Source of the DNA: Paraspadella gotoi
Lineage: Eukaryota > Animalia > Chaetognatha
Length of the DNA stretch: 64,000 bases
Direction: 5' to 3'
Assembly: GCA_051294375.1 (NCBI GenBank)
Contig: CM119271.1
Coordinates: 6,573,632-6,637,631, forward strand
The notes beneath the pieces were generated by a model. That model saw nothing but the letters and a program-made list of their open reading frames with translations, did not search any database and was not told the origin of the DNA. Of this stretch, positions 10,156 to 21,595 are shown one piece after another; within the stretch, counting starts at the first letter, position 1; each line of letters begins with the position of its first letter. The position numbers were made by a program, and so were the translations under genes.

Positions 10156-11681
10156 TCATCTGTGATGTAAGTAGAGCGCGACGACGACGAGGAGGAACGC
10201 CAGACAGAAAAAACCGTTGATTCTGAGGCCAAAGAGAATCATGGAGACGCTCGTCGAGATCATCATCGAGGAGGAAACGAGGAAGAGGCGGGCGATGTTG
10301 TTGGAATGCTTGAAGATGACGGACATGATGAGGCCACTCATTGCCTGGGTCCCAATCATGACCCAAGTCAAGAAGGTGAACCCGGTGAAGAGGTGTCGAC
10401 TATTCATTTCCACCGTCCCCGCGTTGTCGTGTTCTGTGACAAGGGACTCCACGAAGTAGGAGCCTCCGTTGAGGCCAACTCCAAAGGTGTAGAGCAGAAT
10501 GTTCTGAAGACTCAGCGGAAGCTGCTTTGACTTTTTGAGGATGTACTCGCTGAAGACGCCTAAAGAATTGTTGTGAAATTATTATCTATTTTTTTATTAG
10601 TATTATTATTTTAAAAATCGTTCTCTCGTTCCAAGCTTTTCGTCCGGACCAAACGAACCAGCCATGCCGGAGATGGAACAATAACAGACGATGAGAACGA
10701 GGCCAACCAAGGAAACGTGCATCTGACCCGCGTTCAATTGCCCGTCGAAGTACTGCATGAAAAAAGAGATGAGGTGAGGAAAAGTCTGGTACAATGCAAT
10801 GTGAGAAGGAAGAGAAAGAAACGGGACTGTAGAGAGAATGTCCAAGGCGAAAAGGTAAACGTGAACGCCTTGGGAGTTGGGACGAATGGGAATAACATTT
10901 ACGGTAAAAGAAGAGCATTATTAAATAGGCCTACTCACTGATCCGTTCGGTCCACTGGGCTGGGGAATAATGTATCCACCTAAGCTGTTAAAGACTCCGG
11001 CGAGAGTGAGAAGAAAGAGGGCGAACCATTTTATTCGGCTGAGCGGTTTCCGCAAAAATGTGCGATAAAGTAAAGCTGTCGTCGCTATTTTGAGATTTCC
11101 GAGTATCTGGAAATGATAATCAAATAATAATAAGAATACGTAATTACGTATATAGTATTAAGAGAATGAGGGAAAAATAGTGCAGCAAATGCGCCGAAAC
11201 AAACCTGGAAGCTCGCCGGATCCATATGAAGCTGGATGAAGTAAGAGAGATTGTTGTTGAGGGCGTAAAGCACGGCGGGCAGCGCAAAGGGCCAGACCTG
11301 CTGTACTAACGGCATTTGGATCTTCTTCCCGGAAGAGATTGAATATAGGGCGAAAAAAAACCCGCAGACGACCAGTTTGGTAAGCTCCGTCATCAGCACC
11401 ACCGACGAAGTGCTGAAGGGTATCTGGCCGTCAACCTCGCACAGATTAATGAAGACGGCGTGGGATCCATAGACGCAGGCGCCGACGACGAAGGTGAGCC
11501 GCCAGCCCCAAACTGAGGCGCGGGTGTTCAAAAAGGAAAAGGCGGGCGGCGGGCCTGGCTTGAGAACCGGTCCTTCACCTCGGATCGTTTGTTGATAGGA
11601 CGGCAAAACGCGCGCGTTGCGGTAAAGATCTTCGTCGACGATGTCGACTGAGTAAGAAAATTTTGGGCGCGGAGCGGACAT
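10156..11681 (-). CDS. SLC35A4: Nucleotide-sugar transporter SLC35A4-like (multi-exon)
   Basis: YGSHAVFINLCEVDGQIPFSTSSVVLMTELTKL is the SLC35A4-type N-terminus. Also PAVLYALNNN, MDPASFQ and GLIMSVIFKHSNNI. Confidence 0.82.
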
Positions 11682-12059
11682 CGTGATAAATCGAACTTAA
11701 TCTCAAACTCGAGTATCACAGTTAATGCTTTTTTAACATTATACTAATGTGAGAAATTAATGATACACCGCTGAAAATATGAAATGAAAAATATTGAATT
11801 TCGCGTGACTTGTTTTTCGACGATTAAAACCGTCGAACTACTAATTGAAAATTGCAGATGCAGACTAGAGAAAAAAATTAACTAACTTCAAATTACATGG
11901 AATGAAAAAATTATCTTGTCATAAAATTAATCAAAGACGAATTAAATAAATACTAAACACAAAGTGTAAAAAATCAAACATAAGAATTGATCAAACGCCT
12001 ACATTCAACAAAAACCTCTGAAATATTGGGAGGTTAAAGCAAAATGTATAAGCAAGACT

Positions 12060-13506
12060 TTAAACGACGCTCTTAGTTTCAATTTGGGATGGTACTGGGG
12101 GCGGCAAAGGCGGGGGTGGCGACATATTATACATGAAAGTGGCACTGCTGACCAGCACGGCGCCAAGGGCGAAGAAGCTCCCTATGTGCGTCCCGAAGCA
12201 AACGTGAGAGCCTACCGTCGCTAGAAGAATCGCGGCGGCGGAACCGAAGTTTTTGATGATGTTGTCGGTGTACTTCATGACGAGGGAGATAATAAGGCCG
12301 CCTAGCGACTGGAAGCAGACGAGTCCGTAGACGACGGGATTGTATCCGTGGAAAAACCCATTGTTTCGGATGCCCTCAAAGTCGTTGGCTATCATGAGGC
12401 AAAAGGCCACCAGTGTGCAAAAGATGTACATTTGGAAGTTTTTCATCCAAAGAGAAGCTTCGGACTTGACTCCGCTGCCCTTTAGCAGTTTTTCGAAGTA
12501 TACGCCTGCGAAACCTGAGCAGCAGCAGGCGAGAGCGATGGCGGAGATGCCTTTGGCGTAGTTGTAGTGAGCATCGTCTGGTAAAAGAAATAACAATTAT
12601 CATGCTTAGATTCAATAGTTCAATTTAATTGAAGTGGTCTCATTTAACAAAATCTTGACTGACACGAAATAGTAAACTGACCTGGATTCATGGTTGCAGC
12701 TGTAGACGGTGATTTGTCAACTTTTTCAAGATTTACCAACGCCACGCCTATGAATTGAGGTGGACATATAATATACTAAATTCATTTTGAGATAAGGACA
12801 ATAGAAAATTACCAGCAGTAAGAACGAAAATTGAGATCCATTGTTTGACGCTCAATTGTTTGTTCATCATAAAAAACATTAGCACTGCTGTCGTAACAAT
12901 TTTAAACTGGTATGTAACTTGAAACGTGGCGGCATCAAGGTTTGACAGAGCGATGTAACTTAAATTATTCTGGAAAAAAAAAATTTATAGAGAGTTTGAA
13001 GTATGAACTAACAAACGGCGTCAGGAGTTAAAATAAGGTACCTGTAGAGCGTAGACAAGCGAGGGCACTGCCATCTTAAGGGTCTCCTTTTTGTTAGATA
13101 AAACGTGATTTTGAATTCCTTCCCATAAATCTTTAAGGCTGCAGGCGTTCTCCCAAAAGAAAAGAACTAGAACTGTAACACTGGGGAAACAGAAGTTAAA
13201 GTTAGAGAATGTTAAATGTTGGATTGTCTGGTTTTAATTCTACTGATATTGTAAAGGCTTACACTAATTTTTGAAATTCCGCGAGAACCACGGCAGTGGT
13301 GGAGTAATACATAGGACCAGAAGTGACACGGGTGTAGCGAATGAGCAGCACAACCAGCGCCGCATTCATCACCATGATAACGAGGATGAGTGCTTTCCCA
13401 GGAAGGGATTGGGCGAATTTCTATAATAAATTCAAAGTGACGGTTAAGTGTGGAGAGAGCGGAACTGCAACGAGCGACGTCGTGAACAAACCTGAAGTGC
13501 CGACAT
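12060..13506 (-). CDS. UDP-Gal/UDP-GlcNAc-type nucleotide-sugar transporter (SLC35A2/A3 family, multi-exon)
   Basis: Spliced reading gives LIRYTRV...YYSTTAVVLAE, PSLVYALQNNL, LDAATFQVTYQFKI, SGFAGVYFEKLLK, GGLIISLVMKYTDNIIK. Short first exon MSALQ starts at 13506. Confidence 0.85.
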
Positions 13507-14429
13507 GATATCCGATTTCTTCTTCGAAATTCTAACTCAAGTACAATTAACCGTCAAAGGAAAAATCAGTTACTACCCCATCTATGACATATTGCGTGAG
13601 ACCGGATAAGAATGAACGATTGTGAAAAATAACCTTCAGACTTTTAATTAACTTGTAGAAAACTGTAGTACAAGAATTAAACTGAGTCGTAATCAAGTAA
13701 AAAAAACATAATGGAATGGATACATGGCACAAAAACTAAAAAAGAAAAAAATGTGACAGCTAGTGACGTAGTTAGCAATAAAAACAAAACGACTGTAGTT
13801 GTTTTTAAAAAAGTATATACAGCCGCTGGAACCACGAAAATCTCTCAAGAGCCGACTTTTGTACATTTATGCAAAGGGTTTGAAAACCGAAAATAATTGG
13901 GAAACGCTAGCATTTGTTTGGTCTAGACGGCCACAACGCGACATGCAAATTTATAAGCATTTGTTTGTATAAGAGTATTTTTCTTAAGGATTTCCCACTC
14001 AAAATAAAAAAATCATTAAATTATGCTTTTTTGTGGCCCCCCCCCCTGCTCAGCCAGAAAGACGCCCGTCCCTGATTAACAGGAGCGCCGAGAATATTTT
14101 AAAATACATGGAGTAGTCGGTACATAAACTATACTTTTTTTTAGTTTTGAAAACAAAAGTGTTTTTAATTTAACTACTATAATCGTTGGCTTCGATCGTT
14201 AAACGAACATTAGACGGGGAGGGTGAAAATCGAAATCTCGCTTTGCCATTTATTTCACCGCAAAATTCGCGCTTTATTGACATATAACGGCATATCGATA
14301 TTATCGGTAATCAGGAGTCTATGGAACACAAAAAAAAAATGGAAACGATGACATCTTGTTGTAAAAAAAATGGAGCGAAGTTTGGGATTAAAGAGTTTCT
14401 TCGTTCATCGCCGCCGCAGTTGACGTGGA

Positions 14430-17400
14430 TCAACGCCTCCGTTTCTTCGGCGACGACATTGGCCGATACTCGTCGTCGTCTTCGTCGGAAAACTGATCCA
14501 CGTAATAACTTTTGTTGGCGCGAGATTTTCTTTAAAAAAAAAAAATAAGAGAAATGGTCAAACTCGCTCGACGGAAAATTGATTCCTAAATTTCCTTCCT
14601 GAATAGATTTCATAGTACCTTGCTGGCTGCGGGGCCCGCGGTGGCAGGTCAGGAATGTCGTTGAGGACGACGTAAGGTATGCCCCTTTCGTTGATGGCGC
14701 CGCCGAGTTTGGAAACAGTTGTGGGCTTGGGCTTGGCAGCACCCTTGCCACGCTTCACCGAGGGCAGCACCATAACTTCGACGTCCTCCACGTCCGGTTC
14801 CCTGGCACGTTTAGCGAGCAGACGCGCCTTCTTGTCTGTCGCGACCTTGACGGCCTCGTCGAGGACGCGTTGCTCGTCGTCGTCGACGTCGCCCTCCACG
14901 CGCGCAGACATGAGGGCGGCAAGCTCCTGCGAGACTTCATCTCTGGCGAAACGGGAAAGAAGTTCAAGTATCATAAGATATAAATGAAATTAACTGATGT
15001 AAAACAAAATATTGGACAATTAGTATAAGCGCATCATGTCGTTACAAATTGCACAATAATAATTTCACAAAATTTCAGAGTAAAAGAAATGAATATCTCT
15101 TACCGGTTCAAATCTGTGATATTGAGTTTGTTCTCCATCTTGGCTTGAACGTTCTCCAACTGCTTGTACACGTATTCTGAGAGAGAATCAGTCAGATTGT
15201 TCTCCGCGTAACAACACATCGCTGACGTTAACGCCTCCTTGGCGTAGATGCCCATTGATGACTTATCGTTAGAGTCCTTATAATAAAACGACAATAAAAA
15301 TAAACTAACTGATAATCATATTTCAGAACCATTATTGACAAAAACCCTTATTTGTCACCTTAAAGTAGTTTTGCACCAAATCGCTCATGGCGCCGACTTC
15401 GTCTACGACAGATTCGTCGTGACCGCCCTTTATGTCTTCCTGATAAAAGCTTACATCCTCCTTCACATCCGGTTTAGTTTCTTCCACCGGTTCCGGCAGG
15501 GGCGCCTCAGTTTCCATCGTTTCCTGCTCTGTTCCGTTAATCGCGGCGCCGTTGATAACAGAGTCCATTAGTGTTTCTTTATCTTCGTGACCGTTACCGT
15601 TTATTGCCTAAATTAGTGTTGGGAAAGAAAACTACGTAGATTGCTAAGAAACATGAATGTATTTTCTATATCAATGGTAAATACTTAGACACATTTTTTT
15701 CCGCAACAAACATGTCATAGAAACTTCGGAAAACCACCATTCGATTCGAAATAAAATTCTCTTTCGTTTGGTATATAATTTAATTAATTTCTAAAAATAT
15801 TTCGCTTGACCCAGGCGAGTTGAAAGCAACTAGGTAACAACATCCAAATTGGAACTCTTTCTCAGTTACAATATTTATTATTTTTCGATATAATTTAGTT
15901 AATTATTAAATTTCTGTGACTGATAGATAGTTATTCTTTGTTAATTTATTAAGAATAATATTTTTTTACAGACAGTCCATTAATCATGAACACTCGTTCT
16001 GCTACAGGGGCCCGAGTTTCCTCTGTTTGCCGAATTTGGTATTTGCAAGCGCTTAGCGAACTTTCGACCACCGCCGGCAGAACCACCAAAAGGGGCAGCA
16101 GTATTGGAACAGTTCTTTGACATTTTTTACACTCATCCCAAAAACCAACGAGATAAAAATGAGACTGCTTATGTCGTAGCTCTAGAATTAATTAACCTTT
16201 GGAAACTGGGTGACGCGCGAATCCCTTTGCTTCACCTGAAAACAATTCGGAAGAACTAAGGAAGAACTAAGGAAAAAGATTACTATGTCATATTTTTAGT
16301 AGAATATGAGTAGAGTAAAATTAGATAAATAATTATGCACAAAATGCTTTGTAGTTTGCAGATTTATTTAGATTTTAGAAATCAATTATCATTATATTGC
16401 CAAAAGCACACTCATAATAAAATTAATATGAAGTCAGTTGATCTCGTCTCTTTTTCTTTGGCAAAGAAGCTCAACTTCACATGACAAAAAGGCTAAGCAC
16501 GATACATCACGCTCGTTGGATGGGTAGCTGCCTCTACATTCTCAAAATGCTGATCGTTGGTGATTCTTTTGTTTTGAGTCACCAGCAGAAAATGGATGTC
16601 TTCGTGATGTCTTATTACATCTTGTACATTCAATTTTATTACTGGTTCTGCTGTCCATTCATGGGGATGCTCCATTCCTTACTCTCTCCCTTTATGAAGA
16701 TCTAATGGCGTGGCGATCAAGGGATCGCGATGGGGCCCATGCTGGACTAAGAAAGATTGATTTACATACCGAATATCTTTCTGGCCACTCGGTTATTCTC
16801 GCTTTGGCTTCAAAAAAAGTCTCAAACTCAACTAGAATGTCGATGGCTGAAGCCCTCTTGAGCTCTGAAAAGGTCCAAGTAGAAATGGGAAAGCCGGAAA
16901 TACCATGCGTATATGAAAACAGCAAATTAGAAGATTACGTTTCGGCTGATTCATGGTTATTTTTTCAGGTTCATTTGCAATATTTTATCAATAATTTTTA
17001 TATTATTATATCTAATTTCAATGACTATTATATTTATTACACAACTTTGTCACTTTGAGCCATCTTTTTTGTCGAAACCTGTGGAAGAATGTAATGATAA
17101 CGTCAACTACCACTCATTCTGCAAGCTTGTAAATGGATTTTCGCCACTCAATGATGCTGCAGAGAGGGTGGTTAAATTTGCAAGTGATTACAATGGTTCA
17201 ATAACCCGTAAAAAATGCAACATGAAGCAATGCTTCAGGGCGTTGAAGAACATTGTCGATCTCACCCTAAGCCAAACAAAGTGTCTTATGAACTTCAAGT
17301 TTAAAGATTCAGTTAACAATAACAACGCAAGAATTGTTTGCCTCTTGCCGTCACTTTCATGAGAGAAGATAAATTGGTTTAAAAATATTTAAAATTACAC

Positions 17401-19983
17401 TTCCGGTATATTTTGCTTAATACTTTTTATTTAATTTTTAATAAATTACAACTACATCGGATTTTTACATTCATTTCAATCTATAATGATTAAAAACATC
17501 ACATAAGATCCCTTCAACGTTTCAAAATATACGTAAATCAATGAATCTGACGCATGTGGAACTTTGACGCCGCTGGGTCAAGCGAAATCTTTCAAGAAGT
17601 TTAATCATATAGCACATCATTCGAAAGAGAATTTTATTTCGAATCGAATGGTGGTTTTCCAAGTTTCTATGACAATTTGTTGCGGAAAAAAATGTGTCTA
17701 GTAAATACCACCTTCATTCTTTAAAGCTCACCTCTCGTAAGATATCTCCGTTCTGCTCTGATTGGATGGTTTCGCCGGTCGCGGGTTCGGCGACCGGATG
17801 TTTTAAGTCGGTCGCCGGAGAAAACTCTGTCGTTGGGGCTGGGGGAGAGCGACGGGCGTAGGGATTCAAGTGACGCGGTCGACGTTGGCAAAAGACGACG
17901 ACGTCCTTGGGGTTGGCGACTCGGCCCTCGAATGATTGAGAAAAGCTGAGAACCAAATTCATTCAGATTAGAGAAGGTTTAGAGAGGAAATCTTAAGTTT
18001 CAAATTGAAAACGTGTTTTAACACCTGCATAGATTAAAGGTCTCGAAGGCTCCTCGCCCGTCAGCCGATGTCTTATTGACTTTTAACTTAATAAGGGGCT
18101 CCTTGGGCTGGATTCCGTTGTGCTCGGCGGCGGCTTGGGAGATCATTTCTTCAATTTGATGCCGACAAATATTTTCCACCTTAAAAAAAAATAAATATAC
18201 ATATTTATTATTGATTGATTGATTTCTGATTGATTGATTGATACATAAAACATGAAGAAAATAAATCAAAAGGCAGAGAGCATTTTGATAAAAATTTATC
18301 AAAGCTTAATCAGAATACAACAATATGCAAATGAGCAAATTAAACTGCTTCAAGCATACTTGCGTTTTGACGTCGAGCTCCGTGTTGGACGTGTCCACCA
18401 GATCTGCCAATCGAATTTCCCGCGAGTAAAACTGCCGAACGGTTTGCAGAGGAATCTTTTCTACCTTGAACTGTTTTTCTTCTTGGCCGTCGTCGGTCTT
18501 TGAAAGAAAACAAAAACTTCAATTATGTCATCAGGCCAAGAACATTTGAAAAAACGTCAATTATGTCATCAGGCCAAGAACATTTGAAAAAAACTTCTCA
18601 AACATGTCTCACCAACAACGTAGCGACTCGAAGGAGCCCGAGATGCTTTCTGCCTACGTCTTCGTCGTGGAGTTTGACGTGGATGGTGCTGCCAGGCTGG
18701 GTGACGTGGAAGTGCTGCTGCTCGTTCCATTCCGCATCGACGCGACAATCGGCCTCGTGGCCCCAAATAACAAGGTCCATCAGCGCATCTGAGAGAAAAG
18801 CGAAAAAAAAATAACCTTTTGAAAATATTGGAACATTGGGCAGGAGTATTGATGAGAACGGAGAAGCATCGCTCAGAATAAAAAAAGTAAACAAATAGAA
18901 GAAAGAAAAAAAGAAAAAAGTAAAAAGTTACCGATGCTTTCTTCCGCCACGCCCTTCCCTCCCGAATCCTCTTCCGACTTCCGACGATTCTGATGTAGCA
19001 GAAAAATGTTGAACCAGTTCTGAGGTTTGTCGTCTGGATGAGACCCCAAGTGAACTTTGCCATTTTCGAGCAACCGGTTTAATCTATTAAAAATAGGGGA
19101 AAGAAAATTAATAGAAAAAGAGAACAAAAAAACGAATGTGAGGAAATGTAGGGAAGGAGAGGGAACGGGAAAAAATAGGGAGAAAGTGGAGGGAAAATAG
19201 AAAAAAGGAGAAAAAATAGGAGGAAAAAAGGCAGGAGAAAAACAGAAGGGAATCCAATTATGTCAAACGAGAAACAGATATTATCTAAAATGTAATAATT
19301 TCATACTCGCCTTCCTTCGTTCATGGCTCCAAGGCCAAACATGGCCAATTTAGTGATGCCCTTTTGAAGAAGGAAGGGTTTGACGATGACCTCGTCGGCG
19401 ACGTTAGTCTTCCCAAAGTAGTTGATGAGACCCGCCGTGTGGAGGACATTTAAGATGCTGAGCCCGTCGTTGCGTGAGCCGATGCCTTATACGAAATTCA
19501 ATCAAATACGTAACCGTAAAAAACCGTAAAAATAAAGGAAAAATGCGAAGGAAATAGTCAGTAATATATTTTTTAAATTCTATTTTTCCCGCCATTCTCA
19601 CCGACTGGATCGTCGTGAACACCGTGAATGGAGAAAACTGGGAGGGCCACGTTGAGGTTGGGGTCTTTGAAGTTGGCGGCGGGGACGCCGGTCTCCTCGG
19701 CGCCGACCACATCAAAGTCGGAATTGCGTTGGCCCAGGCAGTGACTACGAAGGGCGCGAACGGCGCCGTCCACAATCTGTTTGGGAGGGTTGCTCTGGTG
19801 GAAAAGGTCCCCGCCGAGGAGGACAAAGTCTACGCCGCGCTCGCGACCCACGCGGAGGATCTCCTCGAACGTGTTCAAGGAATCTCGGGATCGGATGGGG
19901 TCTTTGTGGCCGAAGCCCAAGTGGACGTCTGAGGCGAAGAGAATCTCGAAGACGTCCTGAGGACATCGATCGGGTTCGGCCAT
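14430..19983 (-). CDS. MRE11: MRE11-like double-strand break repair protein (multi-exon, divergent active site)
   Basis: Phosphoesterase motifs DVHLG, GGDLFH, SIHGVHDDP, LLHQNR, WGHEAD and TQPGS; KIPLQTVRQF; FEGRVANPKDVV; Rad50-binding-type helices MSDLVQNYFK...YVYKQLE; ends ...SSPKKRRR* at 14430. Confidence 0.85.
15685..17700 (+). mobile_element. Degenerate hAT-superfamily (hATm-like) DNA transposon inside an MRE11 intron
   Basis: Imperfect TIRs of about 130 bp (15686-15815 vs 17572-17700, tagacacattttttt...). 8-bp TSD gtaaatac at 15677-15684 and 17701-17708. Fragmentary transposase inside. Confidence 0.85.
16481..17280 (+). pseudogene. Broken transposase fragments
   Basis: HHARWMGSCLYILKM, YLSGHSVILAL, SWLFFQ and PLNDAAERVVKFASDYN fall in three short ORFs broken by stops or frame changes. 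The N-terminal part appears deleted. Confidence 0.7.
18520..18596. repeat. Two-copy tandem duplication of about 38 bp in an MRE11 intron
   Basis: caattatgtcatcaggccaagaacatttgaaaaaa occurs twice in tandem. Confidence 0.8.
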
Positions 19984-20150
19984 CGTTTTTTTAGTTTGTT
20001 TTTGCAAGTTCTTTGTTTAAAAAAACAATAAAAAGACATAGCATGACAAAAACAGTACACATGTAAAGATTTTTTTAAGTCGTCATTGTATCCGAACGAA
20101 GTTACGACGAAAAAGGCAAGGGAGAGACAAAAAGGCACGATGATATCATA

Positions 20151-21279
20151 TCACTGTAAGGCGAGCATCCGAACTTCGAACAAGTCCTTGGGGAATTTCT
20201 TTTGTTTTTCGTCTTTAACGATTCGAAAGCCACTTCGGTGAATGAGGTCCTTGAGCTGCGACAGAGGACGAGTGTAACTCGAATCTTCTTTGTCAAACTC
20301 CAACTTTTTCGCCACATTTTCTTTAACCACCATGACCCCGTTTGGAGCCAAGCCTGGAAATGTAATAAAAAAGAAGCCGTCATAACATAAAAATAATAAG
20401 AAATAAATCTATAGATATGCTAAATCTTCAATTTATGATTTCAAACACGAAAGAACAAAAACGAACGTTCCCTCACCTTCCCGACACCGCCTGAAAAATT
20501 CAACCAAATGGTCATCAGTCAAGTGACCCAAGACCCACTGCGACCAGATGACGTCGTAAGCCCCCTTCTCGGGGCAAAAGTCTTGTAGTCCGCTGCAAAA
20601 GCATCGGTCGAGGCGGCCGCCGTCGGGCAGCGCAGCAAAGTCCGCCTTGGCTTGAGTCAGGAAATCAGCGTTGAGTTCGACCAGGTCGATCTTGTCGAAG
20701 AAAGGAAGAAAGAGCAACTTGGAAATTCGTCCGATGCCCGCCCCGCAGTCAAGGACTCGACTGATCCCGGTGCGCCCGCCCGATGAGGTCAGGAATGGGA
20801 GAAGAAAGCCTTTCGAACTAAATACGTCAGAAAATATAGAAAATTAGACTTAGAGGTGAGCTCTCTACAATAAATACCGCTCATCAAGCATTGAAAACAA
20901 AAACGACAACTAATTAAAGATAAAAAAGCAAATTAAATTCAATTATACACCGGGTGTTGCCAGGAAAAAAAAAAAAAAATAAAACTAAGGACAAAAAAAA
21001 AATTCAAAAAGTCATGAGGGGGAAAAACGAGAAATAAAAGAAAGGAAAAAAGATAAATAGCAAGCAAGAAAAAAATAAAAAGACAAGAAGGGCGTTACCT
21101 GTGTATGTCGATAGGCGAAATACTTTGGAATCCTCCCAACATTCCTTGATCGGTGGCCGGAATCTTAGACCAATATTTCGACGCATTCTCGTAAAACTGG
21201 GACAATAAGTATTGTTTCTCGCTTTTTAAAATATCAATTAACAGCGTCAACGTTTGCTTACTTCGTTTTCAATTTCCAT
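20151..21279 (-). CDS. NTMT1: N-terminal Xaa-Pro-Lys N-methyltransferase 1 (multi-exon)
   Basis: FYENASKYW...GMLGG, SAM motif VLDCGAGIGRI, YDVIWSQWVLGHLTD, VVKEN, DSSYTR, FPKDLFEVRMLAL. Confidence 0.9.
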
Positions 21280-21595
21280 CCTTGAGAAAATTTGGCAAAG
21301 CCGTCGCTGAGTTTCGAGTTTTTTTTTAATAATTGTTTTCACTTCATTGGTTATCAATCTCATTGAAGAAGTTTTCGAAAACTTGACATGTTTTCCTTTT
21401 TAGTAACTTAAAGATAAATTTGACTATTCTAACGGAAAATTGAAAAAAAAAAAAAAAAAACGGGGGGGGAAAAATGCGGAACGGGTGAAAAGCTGAGAGT
21501 CCATCGAACGGTTATGACTAAAAGTGAAAGGTGAAAAATTCACGTTTTACGTCGCAAACGAAGCAATTTTTTTAAAATTATCCTATAAAACGGAA

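Noticed and set aside
11682-12059. Upstream microprotein ORF like that of vertebrate SLC35A4
   Set aside because: The spacer is AT-rich with no convincing sense ORF.
14030-14075. GC-rich ggccccccccc...ccctg patch resembling a hAT-MITE end
   Set aside because: No matching second terminus or TSD was found.
14311-15568. Apparent separate orphan gene from ORFs at 14558-15568
   Set aside because: These splice in frame to upstream MRE11 exons across the transposon-containing intron and resemble the MRE11 C-terminal region.
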